From: an uncultured Alphaproteobacteria bacterium
Lineage (GTDB): Bacteria > Pseudomonadota > Alphaproteobacteria > Caulobacterales > Caulobacteraceae
Direction of reading: 5' to 3'
Length of the DNA stretch: 64,000 nt
NCBI GenBank assembly: GCA_963804105.1
Contig: CAWDPL010000018.1
Coordinates: 3,508-67,507 of the forward strand
Below, one piece after another: positions 1 to 9,136 of the stretch (position 1 is the first letter of the stretch; each line of letters opens with the position of its first letter). Made by a program: the position numbers and the translations under genes. Below the pieces are notes generated by a model that worked only from the letters and a program-made list of their open reading frames with translations, searched no databases and had not been told where the DNA came from.

Positions 1-356
1 GGTGTCGGCGGTTTTTGGGCAAGGGATTCGGCAAAGGCATTTGCCACCGGCAAAGTTTCAAACTGCGCGGGCGGATGCAAAATTATTTTTTGAGCAACCG
101 GCGGAAACTCCATTTTCGAACTGGCCGAAACCGCGTCGGATTTTTTCTCGGACTTTTTTGCGGCAGCGATAGCTTTGCAAAGCGGACAAAGATGCTCGCC
201 ATCAAACGTATGCGTGACGGCTTGAGAAACGGATTGCGTGCAAAGATTGCTTGCGAGCATCGTCGTCCACGCGAAGGTTTGCAATGCGGCCCAATGGAGT
301 CCCGTCGAAAGGACGAGCGCAACGACCACCAGGCTTTTTCCTAAACGCGCAAACAC
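1..356 (-). CDS. hypothetical membrane protein, N-terminal 118 codons only (gene runs off the left edge)
   Basis: Absent from the ORF track because it has no stop inside the window. The minus frame from GTG at 354-356 reads MFARLGKSLVVVALVLSTGLHWAALQTFAWTTMLASNLCTQSVSQAVTHTFDGEHLCPLCKAIAAAKKSEKK...AQKPPTP with no stop through to position 1, in ~50 % GC DNA. It has an N-terminal hydrophobic helix and a CPLC motif. Confidence 0.4.
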   Translation of the reverse strand, partial: MFARLGKSLVVVALVLSTGLHWAALQTFAWTTMLASNLCTQSVSQAVTHTFDGEHLCPLCKAIAAAKKSEKKSDAVSASSKMEFPPVAQKIILHPPAQFETLPVANAFAESLAQKPPT

Positions 357-406
357 GATGCCAGAATAGACTTGGAAATTTCGCCCGCAAGCCGGAATTG
401 GCTTAT

Positions 407-935
407 CTATTTTGAACCGCTCTGCTGCTTTTGCACCTGACTGACCAGTTCGTTGTATTTGGCCACGACCTCGTTCCGGTCTTTCACGCTGTCGTTGAAC
501 TTTTCCACGAAATGATCGCGTTGGCCACGAGGTTGGTGATGGTCTCATTTTGTTTCCCAATGTCGGCGTAGGCATCTTTCAATTTCGACTGCAATGTTTC
601 CACCGCCTGTCTGTATTGGGTGATTTCGTTGGTAAGATTCAAGCTCGTTGAATTGCAGTTTGCTGATTTCGCGCTTTTGCGCAACGACCAGTTGTTCGTT
701 GGTCGCAACGGCGGCTTTTATCTCGGTGATTCGCGCGTCCATTTGCTCGAACCTGATGGTTCAGCAGTGCGACGGAATTGGTGGCGTCCTGAACGGCTAC
801 ATTTTTCTCATAAACAATCTCGTTCAAGGTGGTGATTTCGTTGCGCTGGATGGTTTGTTCATACCATTGAAAGGCGCACAGGCCGCAGAGCGCGAGCGCA
901 AGGACGATGAGCAGGTTTTGTTGGAAGTTTTTCAT
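407..935 (-). pseudogene. membrane-anchored coiled-coil protein, frame interrupted about 3 times
   Basis: The N-terminus MKNFQQNLLIVLALALCGLCAFQWYEQ (TM helix) is followed by heptad-like segments in three frames: ITEIKAAVATNEQLVVAQKREISKLQ, LTNEITQYRQAVETLQSKLKDAYADIGKQNETITNLV and KDRNEVVAKYNELVSQVQKQQSGSK*. Its ATG overlaps the ExbD stop (ATGA at 932-935). Confidence 0.45.
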
Positions 936-1352
936 GGTTGGTCGGGGGCGGCTTTGACGGCGATGGCGACATGCGAGATGCCGGCGCGTTTCACTAAATC
1001 CAAGAACGAAAACCACCGAGCCGTGCGTGGCGTCCTTCGCGCCGGTGATATAAACGGGCAAATTGGTGTTCAGGCTGTAACGGTTGGTCAGCAGCGTATT
1101 CAGTTCGGCAAATGAAATCGCTTTTTTGTCCACGGAAACCTGGCCGTCGCGGTTCACCAGCAGATTCACGATGTCCGGCTTGGTGCTGGAGGTCGCGAGC
1201 GTGGCCGTGGGCAAATTTGCTTTGACGGTGCGGACGATCTGCATTTGCAAACTAATCATCATGAACGAGGCGAGCAGGAAAAACATGATGTCAATCAGCG
1301 GGATGATTTCCAGCCGCGACTTTTTTTCAGGAATGGGGGTGCGAATTTTCAC
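932..1352 (-). pseudogene. exbD: ExbD/TolR family biopolymer transport protein, one frameshift near 1000-1005
   Basis: MKIRTPIPEKKSRLEIIPLIDIMFFLLASFMMISLQ...NLPVYITGAKDATHGSVVFV, then one frame over LDLVKRAGISHVAIAVKAAPDQP*. The GTG start overlaps the stop of the upstream ExbD (GTGA). Confidence 0.7.
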
Positions 1353-1777
1353 GGTGCGGTTAGGTTTGGATTGCCGGTCATAAACGCAACCTTCTGGATA
1401 CCCGCACTGCGGACGGCTTGATAAACATTCACCATGTCGCCGTGCAGCGTGTCGCGGTCGCCGCTGATATAAACCGGCAGATTCGTGTCGGCGCGGAAAC
1501 GGTTGCTCAAGACCAAGCTCAATTGCGGCAGCGAGATGATTTTTTTCTCCAGCCAGATCGCGCCCGATTTGTCCACGGCGATGTTGACCATGTCCGGCTT
1601 GTAATCCTGCGCGGCTTGCGTGGCCGAAGGCAGGTTGACCTTGATGTTCGCGGTTCGGCTCATCTGCAAACTGATCATCATGAACGACGCCAGCAGAAAA
1701 AACATGATGTCAATCAGCGGAATGATGACGATCCGCGAGCGGCGTTTGGGGATGGGCGAAACAATTTTCATCCGCAA
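1349..1777 (-). CDS. exbD: ExbD/TolR family biopolymer transport protein
   Basis: Intact 142-aa ORF: MKIVSPIPKRRSRIVIIPLIDIMFFLLASFMMISLQ...NLPVYISGDRDTLHGDMVNVYQAVRSAGIQKVAF. It is a paralog of the downstream ExbD. The likely ATG is at 1771. No exbB/tolQ gene lies upstream. Confidence 0.8.
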   Translation of the reverse strand: MRMKIVSPIPKRRSRIVIIPLIDIMFFLLASFMMISLQMSRTANIKVNLPSATQAAQDYKPDMVNIAVDKSGAIWLEKKIISLPQLSLVLSNRFRADTNLPVYISGDRDTLHGDMVNVYQAVRSAGIQKVAFMTGNPNLTAP

Positions 1778-1830
1778 AAAATCAATGGCTGGTGGCTTGG
1801 CGGGGTGGCGTGGTTTTGGGTAATTGAACC

Positions 1831-2950
1831 GTGTTATCAGCTTTCCCGCCGCCGACCATCATCATCCAGAGACGCCCCAGCCGCAAGATCCGGGTGGGTT
1901 CGGTGGAGGTGGGGGGCGATGCGCCCATCACCGTGCAGTCCATGACCAACACCCTGACGGCGGACGCAGACGCGACCATCGCCCAGATACGTCAGCTGGA
2001 GGAGGCCGGAGCGGACATCGTCCGCGTGTCCTGTCCGGACGAGGAGACCATCGCGGCCTTCTGCCAAGATCGCCAAGGCGGCCAAGGTGCCGCCCGTGGC
2101 CGACATCCACTTCCACTACAAGCGCGCCATCGAGGCGGCCCGGCGGCGCGGCCTGCCTGCGCATCAACCCCGGCAACATCGGCGGCGAAAAGCGGGTGCG
2201 CGAGGTGTCAAGGCCGCCAGGGACTACGGCTGCTCGATGCGCATCGGCGTCAACGCCGGTTCGCTGGAGCGCGAGCTGCTGGAAAGTACGGCGAGCCCTG
2301 CCCCGATGCGATGGTGAAAGCGCGCTCTCCACGCCAGATCCTGCAGGACCACGACTTCCACGAGTTCAAGATCAGCGTGAAGGCGTCGGACCTGTTCCTG
2401 ACCGTGGCCGCCTATCAGCAGCTGGCGACATCGATTTCCCGCTGCACCTGGGCATCACCGAAGCCGGCGGCCTGAGCACCGGCACGATCAAGTCGGCGAT
2501 CGGCATGGCCCTCTGCTATGGGCCGGCATTGGCGACACCATCCGCGTCTCCTTGGCCGCCGATGCGGTCGGGAAATCAAGGTCGGCTTCGACATGATCAA
2601 GTCCTGGGCCTGGCCACCGCGGCGTGAACATCGTCGCCTGCCCCTCCTGCGCGCGTCAGGGCTTCAACGTGATCGACGGTGGAGACGCTGGAACAGCGCC
2701 TGGCCCATATGGCCACGCCGCCTGTCGCCTGTCGATCATCGGCTGCGTGGTCAACGGCCCGGGCGAGGCCCTGATGACCGACCTGGGTTTCACCGGCGGC
2801 GGCAAGGGCGCGGGCATGATCTATGTGTCGGGCAAGCCCGACCACAAGATGGACAACGAGCAGATGGTCGACCATATCGTCCAGCTTGTAGAGGCCAGGG
2901 CCGCCCAGATCGAGGCGCAAAAGGCCCAGGACCTGCAAGCGGCGGAGTAG
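1831..2950 (+). pseudogene. ispG: 4-hydroxy-3-methylbut-2-en-1-yl diphosphate synthase IspG (GcpE), at least 6 frame switches, probably sequence errors
   Basis: Pieces in three frames add up to a full-length IspG: [173 protein letters not shown]. Confidence 0.85.
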
Positions 2951-2956
2951 CGGCTC

Positions 2957-3911
2957 TTGAGCGAAACGAACGTGGCGGCGCGGAGCGCCCAATCCGCCGG
3001 CGTGTCGGGCTATTCCGGCCGCTTTGACGGCGGCGTGCGAACAGGTGGAGGCGGTGCTTGGAGGCCGTGCTGGCCGCAGCCGACCGCCTATCACGCGCGG
3101 GTGCAGGAGGCGGCGCGCTACGCCATCTTCGCCGGCGGCAAGCGGCTGCGTCCATTCCTGACCCTGCAGTTCGCCGCCCTGTTCGGTGCGCCGGCGCAGG
3201 GGGGCGGGCAGCGCGCGGCGGCGGCCATCGAGGCCCTGCACACCTATTCCCTGGTGCACGACGATCTGCCCTGCATGGACGACGACGATCTGCGGCGCGG
3301 CCGTCCGGACAGCGCACAAGGCGTTCGACGAGGCCACGGCGGTGCTGGCCGGCGACGCGCTTCTTACCCTCGCCTTCGGGAATCCTGGCTGACCCAGCGA
3401 CCCACCCGGGACGGCGCGGTGCGCTCAGCGCTTGTGCTTCGCTTGGCCACAGGCGGGCGGAACGGAAGGCATGATCGGCGGCCAGATGATGGACATCGTC
3501 GCGCCCGAGCACAGCTTCGGCGCCGAGGAGGTCATCACCCTGCAGCGGGATGAAGACCGGCGCCCTGTTTGAATTCGCCTGCGAGGCGGGGTGCGATCCT
3601 CGCCCAGGCCGGGGCGGCCAAATCAGGCCCTGGCTGGCGCGCCTACGCCCGCGACATGGGCCTGGCCTTCCAGATCGCCGACGACCTGATCGACGTGCGG
3701 CGGCTCGGTGGAGCTGGCCGGCAAGGCCGTGGGCAAGGATGAGGAAAAGGGCAAGGCGACCCTGGTGGGCCTATTGGGCGTGGCCGGCGCGCAAAAGGGA
3801 AGCCGCTGCGCCTGGCCGCCTCGGCGGGCGGATCGGCTGGTCGGGCCTTCGGGCCCGAGGCGGAACTGTTGCGCGCCCTGCCCTATTTCCTGCTCGACCG
3901 GGCCAGCTGAA
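2957..3911 (+). pseudogene. ispA: polyprenyl (farnesyl/geranylgeranyl) diphosphate synthase, IspA-like, at least 4 frame switches
   Basis: First Asp-rich motif: [18 protein letters not shown]...[25 protein letters not shown]. Then [43 protein letters not shown], and the second motif GLAFQIADDLIDV. GKDEEKGKATLVGLLG follows, and the protein ends YFLLDRAS*. Confidence 0.8.
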
Positions 3912-3992
3912 CCGGACAAACCCAACGCCCTTCACCCGCCATTCAGGCCCTTGCGGGCAATGGGCGGGCGGAAGACACCCACGGAGACCACC

Positions 3993-4635
3993 ATGACCGT
4001 CGATCATTCCTCCTGCGGTTCGCCGGCCGCCGCCGCCCTGGCCTGCGCGGTGTCCCGCCCTGGCGCCGCGCGGCGCCGCGCGGACGCCTGCGAGCCCGCC
4101 GCGCCAGCAGATCGAAAGCTTCGACGCCGCCCTGATCCGCACCATGAAGGCGGGCAAGAAGGGGCACCGGCCCGCAAGGCCGCTACAAATTGATGGCGCC
4201 GGCGGTTGACGCCACATTCAATATCCCGGTGATGACCGCCTTCGCCGTGGGCCCGGCCTGGGCGAGCGCCTCGGCCGAGGACAAGGCCGCCCTGATCGCC
4301 GCCTTCCGCAAATACACCATCGCCAACTACGCCAAGAACTTCGACAGCTACAACGGCGAGAAGATCACCGTCGATCCCATGGTCCTGACCCGCCTGCCCG
4401 GACAAGATGGTCAAGACATCCATGACCGGCGGCGATGCGCGCCGTGGTGCTGGGCTATCGCATGCGCCAGGCCGGTTCGACCTGGAAGATGATCGACGTG
4501 CTGTTCAACGGCGCCATCAGCCAGCTGACCACCCAACGCTCGGACTTCGCCGCCACGTTGGCCGCCGGCGGCGCCAAGGCGGCCTGATCGCCCACCTGGA
4601 AGGCCGCTGATGGCGAAAAGCTGATGAAGCCGTAG
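3993..4635 (+). pseudogene. hpnM: MlaC/Ttg2D-family periplasmic lipid-binding protein, HpnM-like, frameshifted
   Basis: IESFDAALIRTMKAGKK, MAPAVDATFNIPVMTAFAVGPAWASASAEDKAALIAAFRKYTIANYAKNFDSYNGEKITVDP and VLGYRMRQAGSTWKMIDVLFNGAISQLTTQRSDFAATL lie in different frames. The gene is convergent with the HpnN-like RND gene. The start and end coordinates are approximate. Confidence 0.55.
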
Positions 4636-4641
4636 AGCTCG

Positions 4642-7255
4642 CTAAACGTCGTCCGCCGGCGCGCGCTTGGCCGGCGGCGGGCCCATCAGCGCCGGCTGGA
4701 ACAGCAGCGCCGAGACCAGGGTCCAGACCAGGGAGATCATCAGCAGCTTGCCCATGCTGGCGGTGCCGGGATGGCTGGAGAGCCCAGAGGCTGCCGAAGC
4801 CGGTCGCCGTGGTCAGGGCGCTGAAGAAGCACCGCCCGCGCCAGGCTGGAGGTCAGCAGGTGCGAGCCGCCCGAGCGCCAGGCCATCACGAAATAGATGT
4901 GGAAGGCCACGCCGATGCCGAACAGCAGCGGCAGGGCGATGATGTTGGCGAAGTTGAGCGGCTGGCCGATCACCACGCAGGTGCCCAGGGTCAGCAGGCC
5001 GGTCAGCACGATCGGGCGCCATGGTGATGGCCACGTCGCGCACCCGCCGCAGCACGATGAACAACAGGATGGTGATGGCGATGAACGACAGCACGCCCGC
5101 CTCGCGGAAGGCGTCGACGATGGTGTTGCCGGCCTGAACGATCGACACCGGCCCGCCGCTGGCGTTGGGCGCCACAGCGCTCACCGCCTGGGCGAAGCGG
5201 CGGATGCCTGCGTCGTCGAGCACCCCGCCGGAGGGGAACACCTGCACCCGCGAGCGGCCGTCCGGCGTAATCCATTGCGACACCACTTCGGGCGGCAGGG
5301 TCTGCAGCGTCAGCGGCTTGGCCTGCAGCATCTCGCGCAGCTGGCCGAGCAGCACCTGCAGCGGCTGGGAGACGGCCGCGTCGGCGGCGGCGCGATGCTC
5401 GGGCGGGCCGGACGCCAGGCGGTCCAGCGCGGACGCCAGGGTCAGGGCGTCCTGGCCGGCTTGAGTGCGGTCGCGACCCACGGCCGAACGCAGGGCCTTG
5501 GCCGTTTGGGTCAGACTGGCCTGCAGCTCGGCGTCGCTGGGCGGCGGCGCCACGCCGAAGGGATTGATGGTGGTGTCCAGCAGCATGCCGGCGTCGGCGA
5601 TCGCCGCGAGCTTGGCCGTTTGGTCTGTCGGCGTGAAGGTCGACAGGGTCAGGGCGTACTGCACCTGCGGCAGCTTCTCCAGCTTGGCCGACAGGGCGTC
5701 GGCGGCGGCCACGGAGGGCGTCAGCACGTCGATGGTGTTGGGCGACTGGGTCGGATCCTTCATCAGATCGTTCAGCGTCGCCATGGACTCCGACTTGGGA
5801 TTTTTCAGGTCCAGCGGATTGGAATCAAAGCGCACGAAGGGCAGCAGGCACAGGCAGATCGCGGCCACGGCGGCGTTGGCCCACAGCACCTGGCGGCGGC
5901 GGGCGCGCATGGCCTGGTTTACCGGCGCCAGGGCCTCAAAGCCCGACCGCGCGCCCTCCAGCGGCGGATTGAGCAGATGGAGCAAGGCGGGCAGCAGGGT
6001 GACAGCCAGGATGAAGGCGATGACCATGCCGGCGCCGGCGATCAGGCCGAGCTCGGACACGCCGATGTAGGTGGTCGGCAGGAAGGCGAAGAAACCGGCG
6101 GCCACGGCGGCGGCGGCCAGGGCCAGGGGAACCCCTACCTCGCTCCCCGCCGCGATCAGGGCCTCCTCGCGGGTCGGCAGGATCAGCGTGTCGGCGCGGT
6201 ATTTCACGGCGAACTGGATGCCGAAATCCACGCCCAGCCCCACGAACAGCGGAATGAAGGCCACCGAGATGAGGTTGAAGCGTCCCACCATGGCCAAGCC
6301 CAGACCCGCGGTGATCACCAGGCCGATCAGGGTGGTGGCCATGATGGCGCCGGTGACCCGCACCGAGCGCACCGCCAGCCACAGCATGCCCAGCACCGCC
6401 GCCAGCATGACGATCAGCATGGGAACCGCCCGGTCGGCCAGGCTGGCGAACTCCTCGTCCGACAACGGCACCGATCCCGTCAGGCGCACCTTCACGCCGT
6501 GGGCGGCGTCGAGCCCCGCCTGCGCCGCCGTCTGGCGGATGACCGCGCTGGCGGCCGCGCCCGGCTCCAGGGCCGAATAGTCCAGCTTGGGCCGCACCAG
6601 CACGAACCGGCGCGACGACACGGTGGGGCCGGAGTCGGAGAACATGGCCTGCCAGGAGAAATAGGTCGGCTTGCCGTCGGCCGCGCTCTGCATGGCGACC
6701 GCCAGGCCCTTGATCGGCTTGTCGATGTCGCTCAGCTTGGCCGAGCCGCTCTGCACCCCCAGAGCCATGGTCTGCAAGGTGCTCATGGCCCCGCGCAGAC
6801 TCGGGGTCGGCGGCGAGCGGACCCAGGAACGGCTGGGCGGCGATCAGCTGATTGAGCGTCTTCTGAACCTGGTCCAGCGGCAGCAGCAGCAGGCCTTCCC
6901 AATTCCAGAACGGTCCCCCGTCAGGCCGGTCCACGCTCAGGATGATGTCCTTGCGCTGCGCGAGCTTGTCCGCCAGGGTCTGGGCTCCGCTCTCGGCCAG
7001 TTCCGGCGTCTGGCCGTCGACCACGACGGCGATTGTGTCGCCCTGATCGGGAAAGGCCTTGTTGAAGGCGATGCCGTTCTGCCGCCACGGCAGCTTGGCC
7101 GAGATCAGCTGCTCGGTGTCGGTGGTCATGTTGAAATGACCGACGGCGTAAACGCCCGCCAAGAGGGCGGCGGCGAGCGCTATGGCGACGGTGGTCCACG
7201 CCTCTCGGATGCTCAGCGCAACCAGTCGGCCCAGAATGGACGGCTTGTGCGGCAT
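4642..7255 (-). pseudogene. hpnN: hopanoid-associated RND/MMPL-type transporter HpnN, 3 or more frameshifts (near 6805, 5010, 4820)
   Basis: N-terminus MPHKPSILGRLVALSIREAWTTVAIALAAALLAGVYAVGHFNMTTDTEQLIS. There are two RND halves, with GLGVDFGIQFAVKY and [14 protein letters not shown]. The C-terminus [16 protein letters not shown] lies in a fourth frame segment. Confidence 0.75.
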
Positions 7256-7294
7256 GAACTCATCCTTTTTCAGCGCAAACGCCTAAGGCGATCC

Positions 7295-7789
7295 CTAGAA
7301 GTTAGGGAAATACCGCAGCTTGATCTTGAGGGCCAATGGCGCGGCCGGATCGTGGTCGAACGCCGCGTCCCAGAAACGGGGCGGAGTCAGGCGGATCGCC
7401 ACGTCATTGGAGAATCCGACCCCCTCCAGCGGAATGCCAAGGGCGCCACGCTTGAGCAAATCGCGGTCGTCCTCGTCCTGATAGACTTCCGCCGCGTAGG
7501 TGCCGGCGGGGACGTCCGGAACGATGACCGTGGTCATGCCTTCGTGGGCGGGCGCGGCGCCGTGATAGGGGCAGCTCTTATGGGCGTCGGCGAAGGTCAG
7601 GCTGGTGCAGATGGCCACGCGCACATGGCCCAGGCTCTTGCGGATGTTCCACACCACCACCTCAACGGGACCGGTCTTGCCGATCACGCCTTCACCGGCG
7701 GGCGCTTCGGGCTGGGCGAAGGCCGCGCCGGCGCTCGACGCCGCGATGAGGGCCGCGGCGAAGCCGGCCGCTGTCGTATGGAATTTCAT
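7295..7789 (-). CDS. secreted DUF2141-family protein
   Basis: Signal peptide MKFHTTAAGFAAALIAASSAGAAFAQ. The sequence ...VVVWNIRKSLGHVRVAICTS...GTYAAEVYQDEDDRDLLKRGALGIPLEGVGFSND matches my memory of the DUF2141 pattern, a family often found in hopanoid loci. Confidence 0.55.
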   Translation of the reverse strand: MKFHTTAAGFAAALIAASSAGAAFAQPEAPAGEGVIGKTGPVEVVVWNIRKSLGHVRVAICTSLTFADAHKSCPYHGAAPAHEGMTTVIVPDVPAGTYAAEVYQDEDDRDLLKRGALGIPLEGVGFSNDVAIRLTPPRFWDAAFDHDPAAPLALKIKLRYFPNF

Positions 7790-7990
7790 GCCTTAAGGTC
7801 CGTTGCCGTCTGTCGGCCGCGGCCTCGGTTCCGCCGCGCCCGAGCTATAGGATAAAATGGTGCGGCGCCAAACCCCGTTCGCGCCACCCGACGGGTCCGG
7901 AGGCTCGCCGATCCCGCGCAGCGGTTGTTTTACGGTCGCCTCTGGACGATCGGGCCACTATGAAGACCCCCGGACATTGAGAGGATTGTA

Positions 7991-9136
7991 TTGAGCGTGA
8001 CGTCTGTCGCGACAGCTGCGGGGTATTTCTTCCTGGCCTTGTCGGCCTGCGGGGCGATCTACGCCCTGGGCGCGACCTACGCCCTGTGGCGCTTCCTGCG
8101 GCGCGCCCAGCCGCCGCTGAAGTCCGCCCCTTCCGTCACCGTGCTCAAGCCGCTGCACGGGGACGAGCCGGAGCTTTACGAGAACCTAAGCAGCCTGTGC
8201 GATCAGGACTACCCAGGCGCGGTGCAAGTGATCATGGGCGCGCGCGAGGCCGCCGACGCCGCGCTGGCCGTTGCCGAAAGGGTCCGGCAAAACCATCCCG
8301 ATCTCGACATCACGCTGAACGCCGATCCGGCTCAGCACGGAACCAACCGCAAGATCAGCAATCTGATCAACATGTCGACCAAGGCCACGGGCGAAGTGAT
8401 CGTCATCAGCGACAGCGATGTGCGCCTGGCTCCGGATGGTCTCAGCCGCATCGTCGCCGCCCTGCAGCAGCCGGGCGCGGGCCTGGTTCACTGCCTTTAT
8501 CGCGGCCGACCGACCGCGAGCTTGTGGTCCAAGCTGGCGGCCATGGACATCAACGCCCGCTTCGCCGCCGGCGTGGCGGTTGGCGAGGCGCTGGGGGCCC
8601 ATCCCTGCCTGGGCCCCACCATGGCCCTGCGCGCGGACGTGCTGCAGCGGATCGGCGGCCTGAACATCCTGGCCGATCAGCTGGCGGACGATTTCGTCCT
8701 GGGGCGGGCCGTTCGCGCGGCGGGCCTCAAGATCGTCTCGCCTCCCATGGTGATCGACCATGTGTTCCCGGAAAAATCCGCCCGCGAGATGCTGGTGCAC
8801 GAGCTGCGCTGGGCGCGCACGATCCGCCTGGTTCAACCGGCGGGCTACACGGGCAGCGTGATCACCCATTTCCTGCCCCTGGCCCTGATCGGCGCGGCCC
8901 TCACCGGCTTTTCGCCACTGGGCCTTGAAGGCCTAATCGCCTTGCTGGTCCTGCGGCTGGCCCAAGCCTATGCCCTGAGCCGGATGATGGGCGCAGACCG
9001 CGCCCGCCTGTGGCTGATCCCCCTGCGCGATGCGCTCTCGTTGGCGGTTTTCGTCGGCGCCTTCCTGGGCGACCGGGTGGAATGGCGCGGGGCGCGCCTG
9101 AAGGTGGACCGCGACGGCGCCATGGCGCCGTCATGA
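7991..9136 (+). CDS. hpnI: hopanoid-associated glycosyltransferase HpnI (ceramide glucosyltransferase-like, GT21-type)
   Basis: SVTVLKPLHGDEPELYENLSSLCDQDYPGAVQVIMGAREAADAAL...GTNRKISNLINM...VIVISDSDVRL...ELRWARTIR, with C-terminal TM helices. Confidence 0.75.
   Translation: MSVTSVATAAGYFFLALSACGAIYALGATYALWRFLRRAQPPLKSAPSVTVLKPLHGDEPELYENLSSLCDQDYPGAVQVIMGAREAADAALAVAERVRQNHPDLDITLNADPAQHGTNRKISNLINMSTKATGEVIVISDSDVRLAPDGLSRIVAALQQPGAGLVHCLYRGRPTASLWSKLAAMDINARFAAGVAVGEALGAHPCLGPTMALRADVLQRIGGLNILADQLADDFVLGRAVRAAGLKIVSPPMVIDHVFPEKSAREMLVHELRWARTIRLVQPAGYTGSVITHFLPLALIGAALTGFSPLGLEGLIALLVLRLAQAYALSRMMGADRARLWLIPLRDALSLAVFVGAFLGDRVEWRGARLKVDRDGAMAPS

Noticed and set aside
4897-6855. Very long ORFs antisense to or overlapping real genes, for example 4897-6855 (+), 12679-15285 (+), 17276-19384 (-), 39637-41541 (-), 9396-11408 (+) and 46639-47874 (+).
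   Set aside because: Their translations are low-complexity and rich in Arg, Gly, Ala and Pro (RRRGR, GGAGR runs), with no motifs. Each lies opposite a gene with clear family signatures. They are the usual stop-poor shadow frames of ~70 % GC DNA.
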